Positions 1 through 8,675 of a DNA stretch of 21,088 nucleotides are shown piece by piece. How positions within the stretch are numbered: the first letter of the stretch is position 1; every line of letters begins with the position of its first letter. Source of the DNA: Fidelibacterota bacterium (lineage in GTDB: Bacteria; Fidelibacterota; Marinisomatia; Marinisomatales; TCS56). The stretch is taken from positions 1 through 21,088 of the forward strand of contig JBDRBK010000007.1 of assembly GCA_043822705.1 (NCBI GenBank). Direction: 5' to 3'. The position numbers and the translations under genes were made by a program. The notes beneath the pieces were generated by a model. The model ran no database searches. It had not been told where the DNA came from and saw only the letters and a program-made list of their open reading frames with translations.

Positions 1-1169
1 TTGCCCGGTTGATTCAACTGGCTGAATACCGGATTCTGGATCGGCGTTAACTGGAAAAAGCCCTGCATCAGGGCCGAGCGGTTCGAACTGAACAGCAGCG
101 GCTGAACCGGCAGGATTCCCAGGCTGTCCGCCTCGGGCTGGTAGGCGATTTCGCTGGGAAAGATCATTCGCACCTGCTCCAGGCTTTTGACAATCGGATG
201 CTGGCCGAATTCCCGGACCAGCGGGAAAAAGGGATAGTCCATGGCGGTGTTCATGCGGAAGAAACCGCGGTTCTGCATCACGTTGACCTGGCCGCAGCGC
301 TGATCGAGAACCAGGTTGTCCATCAGGTGCAGTCCGGCCTGATCCAGAAAATTGAAGATATTGGACTGAATCACACTGCCGGTCTGCTGCTGGAGGTCTG
401 CCAGCACCCGGCCTTGTGCGATGAAGACATTGCCGCTGCGGGCGATGAATTGATTCAGCCGTTCCAATTCTGTAGCCGGGACCGAATCGTTGACGCCGTT
501 GATCAGCAGCAGGTCGAGATCGCCGGGCAGATCGTCGGCCAGGCTGATATGACGGATCTGATAGGATTCCTGCAGCACCTGGGTCAGGTTCTGATTCTTG
601 GCGGTCTGTCCGCTGAATGTGGCAAAACCGACCGACCGTTTGTTGGTGTCGACCATTTTCTTGATCTTGGTGGTAATGTCGTATTCCAGTCCGGTGGTGG
701 TCTGGATCACCGGAATCGCCTCGCGCTGATCTTCGTAGATCAGGACCATCCCCATGTAGACTTTCTTGATCTCGAGCTTGTCGTTCTCGATGACCTGCAA
801 CTGCACCGGCATGATTCCGTATTTCTGGGCTTCCTGCTCCAGTTTTTCATCGTTTTCCGGCAGATAGAATTCGAAGCGGACGTTGCCGCCGGACAGGGCG
901 GTATATTCTTCCAGGATATCCTGCAGAAAGCGGCGGTTGTTGGCGTAATCGCCGGGGAGGTTTTCCGAGAAGTAGACTTTCATCGTCAGCAGGTCGTCGA
1001 TCTTCTGCACGACCGATTTGCTGGACGGGGAGAGTGAATACATTTTGTTATCGGTGAAATCGAGGCGGAAGAACCAGTTGCGGGAGATCAGGTTAACCAG
1101 TACTACCGCCACCAGGGCAACTGTCAGATAAATGATAAAAGTTCGTTTATTATTGACTCGCAGCATCAT
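1..1169 (-). CDS. GldG-family ABC transporter auxiliary component (3' end runs off the window)
   Basis: Not in the ORF track because no stop lies in the window. Hand translation from ATG at 1169 gives MMLRVNNKRTFIIYLTVALVAVVLVNLISRNWFFRLDFTDNKMYSLSPSSKSVVQKIDDLLTMKVYFSENLPGDYANNRRFLQDILEEY. This has an N-terminal TM helix and the RxDxTxxxxYSLS motif typical of GldG. GGAGG RBS upstream; abuts the stop of the gldF-like gene. Confidence 0.88.
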   Translation of the reverse strand, partial: MMLRVNNKRTFIIYLTVALVAVVLVNLISRNWFFRLDFTDNKMYSLSPSSKSVVQKIDDLLTMKVYFSENLPGDYANNRRFLQDILEEYTALSGGNVRFEFYLPENDEKLEQEAQKYGIMPVQLQVIENDKLEIKKVYMGMVLIYEDQREAIPVIQTTTGLEYDITTKIKKMVDTNKRSVGFATFSGQTAKNQNLTQVLQESYQIRHISLADDLPGDLDLLLINGVNDSVPATELERLNQFIARSGNVFIAQGRVLADLQQQTGSVIQSNIFNFLDQAGLHLMDNLVLDQRCGQVNVMQNRGFFRMNTAMDYPFFPLVREFGQHPIVKSLEQVRMIFPSEIAYQPEADSLGILPVQPLLFSSNRSALMQGFFQLTPIQNPVFSQLNQPG

Positions 1170-1883
1170 CTACCTCCATTTCCGCATTTCAAGGATTCGT
1201 ATCGTAATCGTCAGGAATAATCCGATCATCGTGCCGAAATAGACCAGGTTACGGGAATCAATCACCCCACGGGAAATATTGGACAGATGGTAATCCACAC
1301 TGATGAACTGAAACAGTCCGCTCAGGCCGGCCGGCATGAATACCAGCAGCTTGTCCAGCAGGAAGAACACCAGCACGATCGTGATCGCGATGATGAAGGC
1401 CACGACCTGGTTGTCGGTGACGCTGCTGGTGAAGGTGCCGATGGCGGCGTAAAATCCGCCCACCAGCAGCAGGCCCAGATAACCGCAAAGTACGGCGCCG
1501 TAATCGATGTTGGTACCCACAGCTACCAGCGTAAAGAAATGCACCAGGGTGAAGGCCAGGCCGATTGCTACCAGCGTCAGGGCCGCCAGGAATTTACCGG
1601 CGACAAATTCCACATCCTGAATCGGCAGGGTCGAGATCATTTCCATCGTGCCGCTATTATTCTCCTTGGCAATCAGGCTCATGGTGATGGCCGGGATGAA
1701 AAACAGAAACAGCAGCGGTACGATCCCGAACAGCGAGCGCAGGTCCGATTGGCCGATCAGGAAGAACGTGTTGGTGAAGAAATAGCCGTTGAAGATGGCG
1801 AACAGTACCAGGAAAATATAGGCCATGGGACTGTTGAAGTAGGATTTGAGTTCTTTCAGGAACAGGACTTTCACGTTACGCAT
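1170..1883 (-). CDS. ABC-2 type permease, GldF-like
   Basis: 237 aa with about 6 TM segments. KELKSYFNSPMAY N-terminus, E..SGTME motif, SSVTDNQVVAF and H...ISRGVID are GldF-family features. Lies between gldA-like and gldG-like genes. Confidence 0.9.
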   Translation of the reverse strand: MRNVKVLFLKELKSYFNSPMAYIFLVLFAIFNGYFFTNTFFLIGQSDLRSLFGIVPLLFLFFIPAITMSLIAKENNSGTMEMISTLPIQDVEFVAGKFLAALTLVAIGLAFTLVHFFTLVAVGTNIDYGAVLCGYLGLLLVGGFYAAIGTFTSSVTDNQVVAFIIAITIVLVFFLLDKLLVFMPAGLSGLFQFISVDYHLSNISRGVIDSRNLVYFGTMIGLFLTITIRILEMRKWR

Positions 1884-2820
1884 TGCCGCCCCCTTTCACC
1901 GTCAGCTTGCGGAAGATATCCTCGAGATGGGCTTTACTGGCGCTCATTTCCAGCACGACCCACTTGGATCTGACCGCATGCCGGAAGATTGCCTCCCGGG
2001 GATCGGCGTCGTTGCCGTACTCCAGTTCGATAATCGTGCTGGTACCGGTTTCCTCGGTGCGATTGATCCGGACTTCCGGTGCCGCGTCTTTCAGGGCGGT
2101 GATGCTCGGTTCGGCGGCACCGCGGACTTCCAGGGTCAATTGGGTCAGGCCGCGGAAACCGGCCATCAGTTCCTTGCTGGTGCCGTCAGCGATGATCAGT
2201 CCTTCGTGGATGATCACGATCCGATCCACGGTAGCCTCGATTTCCTGCAGGATATGACTCGAGATAATCACCAGTTTTTCCCGGCCCAGCTCTTTGATCA
2301 GTTCGCGAATTTCAACGATCTGATTCGGATCGAGGCCGGAGACCGGTTCATCCAGAATCAGAATCTGGGGGTCATGCAGGATGGCGGTAGCCAGTCCGAT
2401 CCGCTGGCGGTAGCCCTTCGAGCATTCGGCCACATTTTTATGCAGCACCCCGGCCAGTCCGCATTGTTCGATCACCCGGGTCAGGGCGGTCCGGAAGGCT
2501 TTGCCTTCGATCCGGCGGATGCTGGCGGTGAACTCCAGCAGATCGAATACGCGCATATCCAGATACAGCGGATTCAATTCGGCCAGGTAGCCGATCTGTT
2601 TCCTGATATCCAGTGAATGATCGCGGATATTAAGATCATTAACTATGACATTGCCGGAAGTCGGCGACAGGTATCCGGTGATTATTTTCAGGGTGGTGGT
2701 TTTACCGGCGCCATTGGCGCCCAGAAAACCAAGAATCTCGCCATCCTGTACTTCAAAATTGATTGATCTCACGGCTTTGACTTCGCCGTAGTGCTTGACC
2801 AGGTTTTCTACACGAATCAC
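1876..2820 (-). CDS. ABC transporter ATP-binding protein, GldA-like
   Basis: Walker A GANGAGKT, signature CSKGYRQR, Walker B ILILDEP, H-loop SSH. GTG start. Overlaps the permease start by 8 nt. Confidence 0.93.
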   Translation of the reverse strand: MIRVENLVKHYGEVKAVRSINFEVQDGEILGFLGANGAGKTTTLKIITGYLSPTSGNVIVNDLNIRDHSLDIRKQIGYLAELNPLYLDMRVFDLLEFTASIRRIEGKAFRTALTRVIEQCGLAGVLHKNVAECSKGYRQRIGLATAILHDPQILILDEPVSGLDPNQIVEIRELIKELGREKLVIISSHILQEIEATVDRIVIIHEGLIIADGTSKELMAGFRGLTQLTLEVRGAAEPSITALKDAAPEVRINRTEETGTSTIIELEYGNDADPREAIFRHAVRSKWVVLEMSASKAHLEDIFRKLTVKGGGNA

Positions 2821-3054
2821 TTCAGTAGCTCCCTCAGTATAGTTGTTTCATGATTTAATTCAAATTCAGTCGATAAATAAGTAGCGAATTTGATAGTTAC
2901 CGTGCCAAGTTGGCAACAGCCAATTTTTCCTGGGTGAATGCGGTTGGGGCCGTTTTGTTCCCGTTGAATACGGCCGTAGCGGTTTTTCGCCGGTGCTGCC
3001 GGAACTGAATTATAGAATAATTATTATGTAGATTTCTTGCCGGTCGATTAGCAA

Positions 3055-4530
3055 ATGAAGACAATTTCTGGTAAATATCACCGAATCTATTTGGCACTAC
3101 TGGTGGCGGTCTGGGCCGGTCTGCTGTTCCAGTTGCGCCAGACCTACTTCGCGGACGGCCGTAAGGCTGTTTACCTGTCGCTGGCAACTGGTCTGCACGA
3201 GCTGCCCGATGAGATCGAGTGGATGAATATTCTGCTCAACGGGAAGAAGGTCGGTCATTCCTATTCCGCCATCAAAGCGCTGTCGACCGGTGGTTATGCG
3301 GTCGAAAATATGATCGATTTCAATACTATTATCGCCGGTATGCCGGTGCGGGTAACCACCACCAGCCACGCCGAGACTGACAGCGAATTTCACTACCGTT
3401 CGTTCGATTGGCAGGTCGTATCGGGTTTCTACAGCACCAGCATCAGTGGTGAAATATCCGGTGGCAAGGCGCTAATCCGGAGGATCGAAGCAGGTGACAC
3501 CACCAGCCAGGAAATACCGCTGCCTCAGGAAATCTATCCGTCGCAGGTTGTGCGGCACCTGTTGGCGCAGCGCGGTATCCGGGCAGGCGAGCAACTGATC
3601 TTGCCGGTTTATGAACCATTATCGCGGGAAACCGTCGAATTGGTGATCACCCACGAAGGCCGGGCCGACCTGCAATTGGACAGTGCGACTTTGTCCCTGA
3701 ATAAGATCAGGATCATGTACGGCGATCTGCCGACCTGGCTGTGGCTGGATGACAACGGCATTGCCTACCGGGAAGAAGGTCTGCTGGGCCTGGTTCTGGA
3801 GCGTACCACCGTCCAGGATGCGATGACCGGCAAGCTTGATTTCGGTGATCTCGATCTGGCGGAATTTTACGCCGTGCCGGTCCGGGGAAAGATTGATAAC
3901 CCGCGACAGGTCGGCGATTTGACGCTCACGGTCAGTGGAATCGGGGCCGTACCGCCGCCTGCACTGGTGCGTTATCAGGTTTCCGCGCCAGCCGAGGACC
4001 AGATTACCGTGCATCTGTCCAACCGGCCGCGGTCGTTGGATGATAGCGATTCTTCGATTTATACGACGGCGACTGCGCTGATCCAGGCTGACTCGCCGCT
4101 GATCGGGGAGCAGGCCCGGGAGATTGTCGGCGACCTAGACGTTCCACTGGCGCAGGTACGGGCGTTGACCGATTGGGTTTACCGCTCTTTGGACAAGGTT
4201 GCGGTAGCCAATCTGGCCTCGGCCGTGGAAATACTGAAGCAGCGCCAAGGCGATTGCAGCGAACATACCACCCTGTTTACCGCCCTGGCTCGCAACCGGG
4301 GCATTCCGACCAGAATCTTCATGGGCCTGGTTTACCTCGACGGAAAGTTTCTTTACCACGCCTGGCCGGCGGTGCTGCTGGACGAAGGCTGGCTGGCGGT
4401 CGATCCCACCTTCGGTCAGGTGCCGGCCGACGCCACCCATCTGCCGCTGCTGGAGGGCGACTTCAGCGGCCTGTCGGAACTGGCGCCGCTGCTGGGCCGG
4501 ATCAGTCTGATTGTTGAGGATTATCAATGA
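3055..4530 (+). CDS. Membrane-anchored transglutaminase-like (Cys-His-Asp) domain protein
   Basis: N-terminal hydrophobic anchor and a beta-rich N-terminal domain. The C-terminal transglutaminase core has GDCSEH (Cys), YHAW (His) and VDPT (Asp), plus FTALAR..GIPTR. Confidence 0.88.
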   Translation: MKTISGKYHRIYLALLVAVWAGLLFQLRQTYFADGRKAVYLSLATGLHELPDEIEWMNILLNGKKVGHSYSAIKALSTGGYAVENMIDFNTIIAGMPVRVTTTSHAETDSEFHYRSFDWQVVSGFYSTSISGEISGGKALIRRIEAGDTTSQEIPLPQEIYPSQVVRHLLAQRGIRAGEQLILPVYEPLSRETVELVITHEGRADLQLDSATLSLNKIRIMYGDLPTWLWLDDNGIAYREEGLLGLVLERTTVQDAMTGKLDFGDLDLAEFYAVPVRGKIDNPRQVGDLTLTVSGIGAVPPPALVRYQVSAPAEDQITVHLSNRPRSLDDSDSSIYTTATALIQADSPLIGEQAREIVGDLDVPLAQVRALTDWVYRSLDKVAVANLASAVEILKQRQGDCSEHTTLFTALARNRGIPTRIFMGLVYLDGKFLYHAWPAVLLDEGWLAVDPTFGQVPADATHLPLLEGDFSGLSELAPLLGRISLIVEDYQ

Positions 4531-4600
4531 ATCGGTGGCCGGAGAATAGAGTAATTAAGATACATGCAATAGTTATAGCAGCGCGAAAACGGAAGATATT

Positions 4601-5341
4601 ATGATCAGGATTGAAAGATTAACCAAAACCTTCGATGGTACTCCCGCGGTGCGGGATGTGTCACTGGCAATCGCGCCGGGGGAGCTGTTCGGCTTTCTGG
4701 GACCCAACGGGGCTGGCAAGACCACGACTCTGAAAATGGCCGCCGGATTGCTCCGTCCCGATGCGGGGCGGGTGCTGATCGACGGCATTGATATTCAGCA
4801 ACAGCCCGAGCGGGCCAAGCAGGTGATCGGCTACATCCCGGACAGCCCGTTTCTCTATGAAAAACTCACTGGTTTTGAATTTCTGCAATTCATCGGAATG
4901 TTATATAATGTCGCTCCCGGGCAGTTGCACGACGATCTGGCGGCCTACCGCGACGCTTTCCGGATCGGTGACTGGCTCCACGACCGGATCGAGACTTATT
5001 CCCACGGGATGCGCCAGAAGCTGGTGTTCACCGCCGCTTTCATCCATAATCCCAAGGCCCTGATCGTGGACGAGCCGATGGTGGGGCTGGACCCCGGCAG
5101 CATTCGCACTGTGAAAAAACTGTTGACCGCCAAATGCCGGACCGGTCTGACGGTGCTGATGTCCACCCACACCCTGGGAATTGCCGAGGAAATCTGCGAC
5201 CGGGTGGGAATCATCAACCGCGGCAACCTGATCAGTACCGGCACCCTGTCGAACCTGCGGGCGGCCGCCAACTCCAACGGCAGTCTGGAAGATGTTTTTT
5301 TGACCATGGTGACCGAAGAAGACGAGACCATTCCCCGGTGA
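4601..5341 (+). CDS. ABC transporter ATP-binding protein (exporter type)
   Basis: Walker A GPNGAGKT, signature YSHGMRQK, Walker B LIVDEP, STH switch, SLEDVFL C-terminal motif. Confidence 0.93.
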   Translation: MIRIERLTKTFDGTPAVRDVSLAIAPGELFGFLGPNGAGKTTTLKMAAGLLRPDAGRVLIDGIDIQQQPERAKQVIGYIPDSPFLYEKLTGFEFLQFIGMLYNVAPGQLHDDLAAYRDAFRIGDWLHDRIETYSHGMRQKLVFTAAFIHNPKALIVDEPMVGLDPGSIRTVKKLLTAKCRTGLTVLMSTHTLGIAEEICDRVGIINRGNLISTGTLSNLRAAANSNGSLEDVFLTMVTEEDETIPR

Positions 5342-7014
5342 ACCGGCCGCTGTTCACGACCTATCTGGGGCTGCGTTTCCGTTCGCTGAGGAACCGCATC
5401 CTGGCTCAGCACTGGAAGCGCTGGGTAGAGATCGCAGTTTCGCTGATCATCCTGATCGGTGTCGAGTGGGGCGGTTATTTGCTGTTTAGAAGCGCCTTCC
5501 GGTTCCTGCTCGGTCAAGGCGAGATCGGTCAGATTATTCTGGATCGCCTGTTCAATATGGGCTGGTCGGTGATTTTTCTGCTGCTGATAATTTCCAATAT
5601 TATCACCGCCTTTTCGACCTTTTACCGTTCGCCGGAAGTGGAATATCTGTTCTCCACCAATCTGTCATACGGCCAGATATTCCGCTTGAAATTTCTGGAT
5701 AGCCTGCTATTCAGCTCCTGGGCGATCGTTCTGTTGGGATTGCCACTGATTCTGGCCTACGGCGCCGTGCGTGAACTGACTGTAGCGTCGATGCTGCTTC
5801 TGACAATTTTCGGTCTGCCGCTGCTGTTGTGGCTGGCCGGCATCACTGCTCTGTTGATTTTACTGCCGTTGATCCGGATTTCCGGCTACATCCGGCTGAG
5901 GACCAGTTTTGTTATTCTGGCACTGGCTTTGTGCGGGTTTTTCCTGCTCTACCGCCAGTTCAACCAGGTTGATGTCGTTGTAGCTGGTGATGTCGCCGAC
6001 CTGCGCTACCTCGGCCGTTATCTTGAGAATCTGGCCCGTCAGCCCTTCCAGCTGATTCCCAGTTACTGGTTTACCCATTGTTTTTTCATGAAAGCCGGCG
6101 ATCCGTCCAACTTGATGTTGTTCGGCGGACTGCTGGTAACCACGGCGCTGCTGGGGTGGGAATTATTGCTGGCAGTGGTGGGCCGTCTGTATTACGGCAG
6201 CTGGCAACTCTTGCAGTCGCGCCACCGGATACTTACACCAGCGGGTCAGTCCCAGGGGAAACTGTTCGGTCGCCTCAAACACCTGCCCGCCCGGACCAGG
6301 GCGTTGTATCTCAAGGACCTGGCCCAGTTCAGCCGTACGCCCCAGCAGTGGATTCAATTTCTGCTGTTCATTCTGATGATCATGATTTACGTTTTGAATC
6401 TGGCCCGGATCGAATACAATCTCCACTCAGCTGGCGAATTCTGGCGGCGCCTGGTGTTCGTGCTGAATTTCGGTTTCAGCGGCTTCGTGCTGGCCAGCCT
6501 GATCACCCGTTTCGTGTTTCCGTTGATCAGTCTCGAAGGCCGCAACCGCTGGGTGCTGCTGGCGTCCCCGGTGACGATGAAACAGTTACTGCGGCAGAAA
6601 TTCCGGTTGTCGGCCACGCTCTTTTTTGTGCTGGCGGAATTGGTGGCGCTGCTGTCCGGGATACTGCTGAAACAAACCGCTGTCATGATCCTGATTTCGT
6701 CGATATTGTTGCTGGTCATGAGCGTCACGCTCACCAGCATTTCCCTGGGGCTGGGGGCGGTGTTCCCGCTGTACCACGAAAGCAACCCGATGCGGATCGT
6801 GTCGGGCCTGGGTGGCATCATAGCGATTTTGGTCAGCCTGGCATACCTGGGACTGATGATCCTTGCTCTGATCTGGCTGACAGGATTTTACTATGCAGGT
6901 CATTATGGTCCTGTTTTCTGGACCTTGATTTTTGTAATGCTGCTGGTCAATGCACTGGCCAACTATGTTTCACTGAATCTCGGTTATCGGGCACTATGCC
7001 GGGCGGTGGGGTAG
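5338..7014 (+). CDS. Putative ABC exporter permease (large, about 12-14 TM)
   Basis: Highly hydrophobic. The true start is most likely GTG at 5338, overlapping the ATPase stop as GTGA and in frame with ORF 5134..7014; the first 68 codons of that ORF overlap the ATPase. The SLEG...W.L..SP motif and two-half architecture are typical of fused ABC-2-like permeases. Confidence 0.82.
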   Translation: MNRPLFTTYLGLRFRSLRNRILAQHWKRWVEIAVSLIILIGVEWGGYLLFRSAFRFLLGQGEIGQIILDRLFNMGWSVIFLLLIISNIITAFSTFYRSPEVEYLFSTNLSYGQIFRLKFLDSLLFSSWAIVLLGLPLILAYGAVRELTVASMLLLTIFGLPLLLWLAGITALLILLPLIRISGYIRLRTSFVILALALCGFFLLYRQFNQVDVVVAGDVADLRYLGRYLENLARQPFQLIPSYWFTHCFFMKAGDPSNLMLFGGLLVTTALLGWELLLAVVGRLYYGSWQLLQSRHRILTPAGQSQGKLFGRLKHLPARTRALYLKDLAQFSRTPQQWIQFLLFILMIMIYVLNLARIEYNLHSAGEFWRRLVFVLNFGFSGFVLASLITRFVFPLISLEGRNRWVLLASPVTMKQLLRQKFRLSATLFFVLAELVALLSGILLKQTAVMILISSILLLVMSVTLTSISLGLGAVFPLYHESNPMRIVSGLGGIIAILVSLAYLGLMILALIWLTGFYYAGHYGPVFWTLIFVMLLVNALANYVSLNLGYRALCRAVG

Positions 7015-7033
7015 GGTTTAAGGTAATCGGAAG

Positions 7034-7139
7034 ATATTTGTAAAATGGATAACGGCCCCGGTCAGTTGAAACCTGTTTCAACTTACAGCGGCGGATGGAA
7101 CTGCCACCACCCCTGGGAGCCGGATCCGTTTTATAATAT
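7034..7139 (+). other. Extended inverted-repeat / folded element between convergent genes
   Basis: Outer arms ATATTTGTAAAATGGAT..CGGCCCCGG and CTGGGAGCCG.ATCCGTTTTATAATAT pair. They enclose hairpins AGTTGAAAC-CT-GTTTCAACT and GGCGG-ATGGAA-CTGCC. Confidence 0.55.
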
Positions 7140-7146
7140 GTGAGTA

Positions 7147-8010
7147 TTACTCTAAAGCTGACAAAGAAATCTCAGCTAATATATCCATAAAAACTTTAAA
7201 ATATTCATATTGTAAATACTTAACAACGTCCTCTATAATTGAACCGGCATATAATACAGCCAAAGCACCAATTGAAATTGTGTTGGAATTGAAAATAGGT
7301 GCACAAGTATTTTTTCCACGATCTACTAATAGATTTTCTATTAAAGAATCTGAATGGGTAGATATAGACAAAGCGGAAAATACTTTAACATATTGACTAC
7401 TAATACCCAATTGTTCACATATGAATTTCGTTGTTATGGGTTTATTTTGAGCACGAGCAATATTTGAATAAATAGACCAAGCCCAATGGTTGCTTTTTCC
7501 ATTATTATAATTCGCCTTTACGTTTTCATATTCTTCATTTGCTTTCTTTACCCTATGTAATGGGTAAGTACTTTCGAATTGCTCGAGTGATATTTTCTGG
7601 CTCTCTAATAATTCTAAGTTCTTATCTAATTGCTTTTTTCGAGTGATATACTTGAAATCGTACCATAATGGTATTCTATCCTCGACATCTTTTTCTAAGA
7701 TAACCTTCACATCAACATATATTTCAAATAATGATCTTAACAAAATCGAAGCTTCAATTATCAGGCCATTGAATAAACAATGATAGATACCAAAATGGGA
7801 GAGTGCGGTTTTAGCATATAAAATTGCGATTGGAGTTTTTGCTTTTTCAAGATCAAGTACATGTTGATCATCTACTAAAAAATTGAAAAGTATATATAGC
7901 TTATACATATTGCTAAATAGTCGATCGTAACAACTGCGTCTTTCTTTTAGGTAACCCTCAAAAATTGTTACAGTTTCTTTTTCATAGGCTTCGAATTTTT
8001 CAACTAACAT
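7147..8010 (-). CDS. DUF5677 / HEPN-like alpha-helical protein, AT-rich, probably horizontally acquired
   Basis: 287 aa. A..LLRSLFE and Y....LS...H motifs resemble DUF5677. A sampled 60-nt line had 18 G+C (30%), against clearly GC-rich flanks. Confidence 0.65.
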   Translation of the reverse strand: MLVEKFEAYEKETVTIFEGYLKERRSCYDRLFSNMYKLYILFNFLVDDQHVLDLEKAKTPIAILYAKTALSHFGIYHCLFNGLIIEASILLRSLFEIYVDVKVILEKDVEDRIPLWYDFKYITRKKQLDKNLELLESQKISLEQFESTYPLHRVKKANEEYENVKANYNNGKSNHWAWSIYSNIARAQNKPITTKFICEQLGISSQYVKVFSALSISTHSDSLIENLLVDRGKNTCAPIFNSNTISIGALAVLYAGSIIEDVVKYLQYEYFKVFMDILAEISLSALE

Positions 8011-8170
8011 ATCTATCTCGGTATATTATCTTGATAATTATTTATTAATTTATGTGATACTGTGGTGTAAATCAACCGGTGCGGAACCGGTTGTGCACCA
8101 GCCGATACAAGCAGGATATCAACCTATGGGGGTATCATGCTGCATTCAACCGAAACAGGAGCTTGAGATA

Positions 8171-8362
8171 ATGCCGGGCGACAATACGATCGGGACCCGG
8201 CTGGACGATACGCTGGGCGAAACGGGTTACAAGGAGAATGTGCTGGCGATTCTGACCGCCCTGGGTGTGGGCGACAACGGCACGGCGGATGAGATCGGCC
8301 GGCTGCGGGAAGGGGTGAAAGCGGCGGCGACGCTGCTGGAGATTGCACTGAACGAAACTTGA
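8171..8362 (+). CDS. Small hypothetical protein (63 aa, MPGDNTIGTRLDD...LEIALNET)
   Basis: ATG at 8171 preceded by AGGAG. Strong G/C bias at third codon positions from this ATG onward. Followed directly by a palindrome. Confidence 0.6.
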   Translation: MPGDNTIGTRLDDTLGETGYKENVLAILTALGVGDNGTADEIGRLREGVKAAATLLEIALNET

Positions 8363-8366
8363 AACA

Positions 8367-8395
8367 GCGCCCCCTCAATTGAGGGGGCGCCCTAC
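8367..8395 (-). repeat. Perfect 24-bp palindrome with GTAG foot (REP-like); may act as terminator between convergent genes
   Basis: GCGCCCCCTCAATTGAGGGGGCGC at 8367-8390 is a perfect palindrome. The minus strand reads GTAG-G followed by the palindrome. Confidence 0.55.
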
Positions 8396-8417
8396 TGGTT
8401 CATTGCCTTGCTCTATA

Positions 8418-8645
8418 TTAATGGCATCCGCTTGTGCTTGTGCACTGGCATCGGTTTCCCGCCGCCGTTAATGCTATAAGTTTTGTAGCCCCAGAAAATT
8501 CTGGTGGACTCACTCCGGCAGCACCAAAAGACCGTGTTTCCACATGGCAATCGTGGCACAATACCTTTGCATTCCCACTTCTGTTACCGCCTGCCCGGTT
8601 AATATGATGAACCTCTAAATTAGTAGTTCGTGTACATCTACTCAT
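8418..8645 (-). CDS. Small HNH endonuclease-like Zn-finger protein (apparently circularly permuted)
   Basis: LEVHH...GGN...N...LCHDCH is an HNH core. Strong AGGAGG RBS 4 nt upstream of the ATG. The C-terminus is FSGATK..AL..AGNRCQC....CH. Confidence 0.75.
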   Translation of the reverse strand: MSRCTRTTNLEVHHINRAGGNRSGNAKVLCHDCHVETRSFGAAGVSPPEFSGATKLIALTAAGNRCQCTSTSGCH

Positions 8646-8675
8646 TTGACCTCCTGTTTTAAAATGCGCGGAATA

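Noticed and set aside
198..1037. 279-aa plus-strand ORF
   Set aside because: Antisense shadow of the GldG-like gene, which has recognisable motifs and operon context.
1287..2616. Plus-strand ORFs of 228, 256 and 124 aa
   Set aside because: Antisense shadows of the gldF-like and gldA-like genes, expected in GC-rich coding DNA.
5134..5337. N-terminal 68 aa of the 626-aa ORF
   Set aside because: Overlaps the ATPase out of frame and has Arg/Pro-rich non-coding-like composition. GTG 5338 is the better start.
6078..7043. 321-aa plus-strand ORF
   Set aside because: Alternative frame inside the permease, with no motifs.
7083..7130. Minus-strand peptide NGSGSQGWWQFHPPL* as a gene remnant, and a T-arm-like GGCAGTTCCATCCGCC
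   Set aside because: Too short to support. It is preceded by an in-frame stop, and there is no cloverleaf or 7-nt T-loop.
8054..8170. N-terminal extension of the 102-aa ORF
   Set aside because: No RBS at GTG 8054. The RBS and codon bias begin at ATG 8171.
7034..8420. Integron cassette array (attC sites after the minus-strand genes)
   Set aside because: The first candidate has ATT instead of GTT in R', the second has wrong spacer lengths, the islet genes are not all co-oriented, and there is no integrase in the window.
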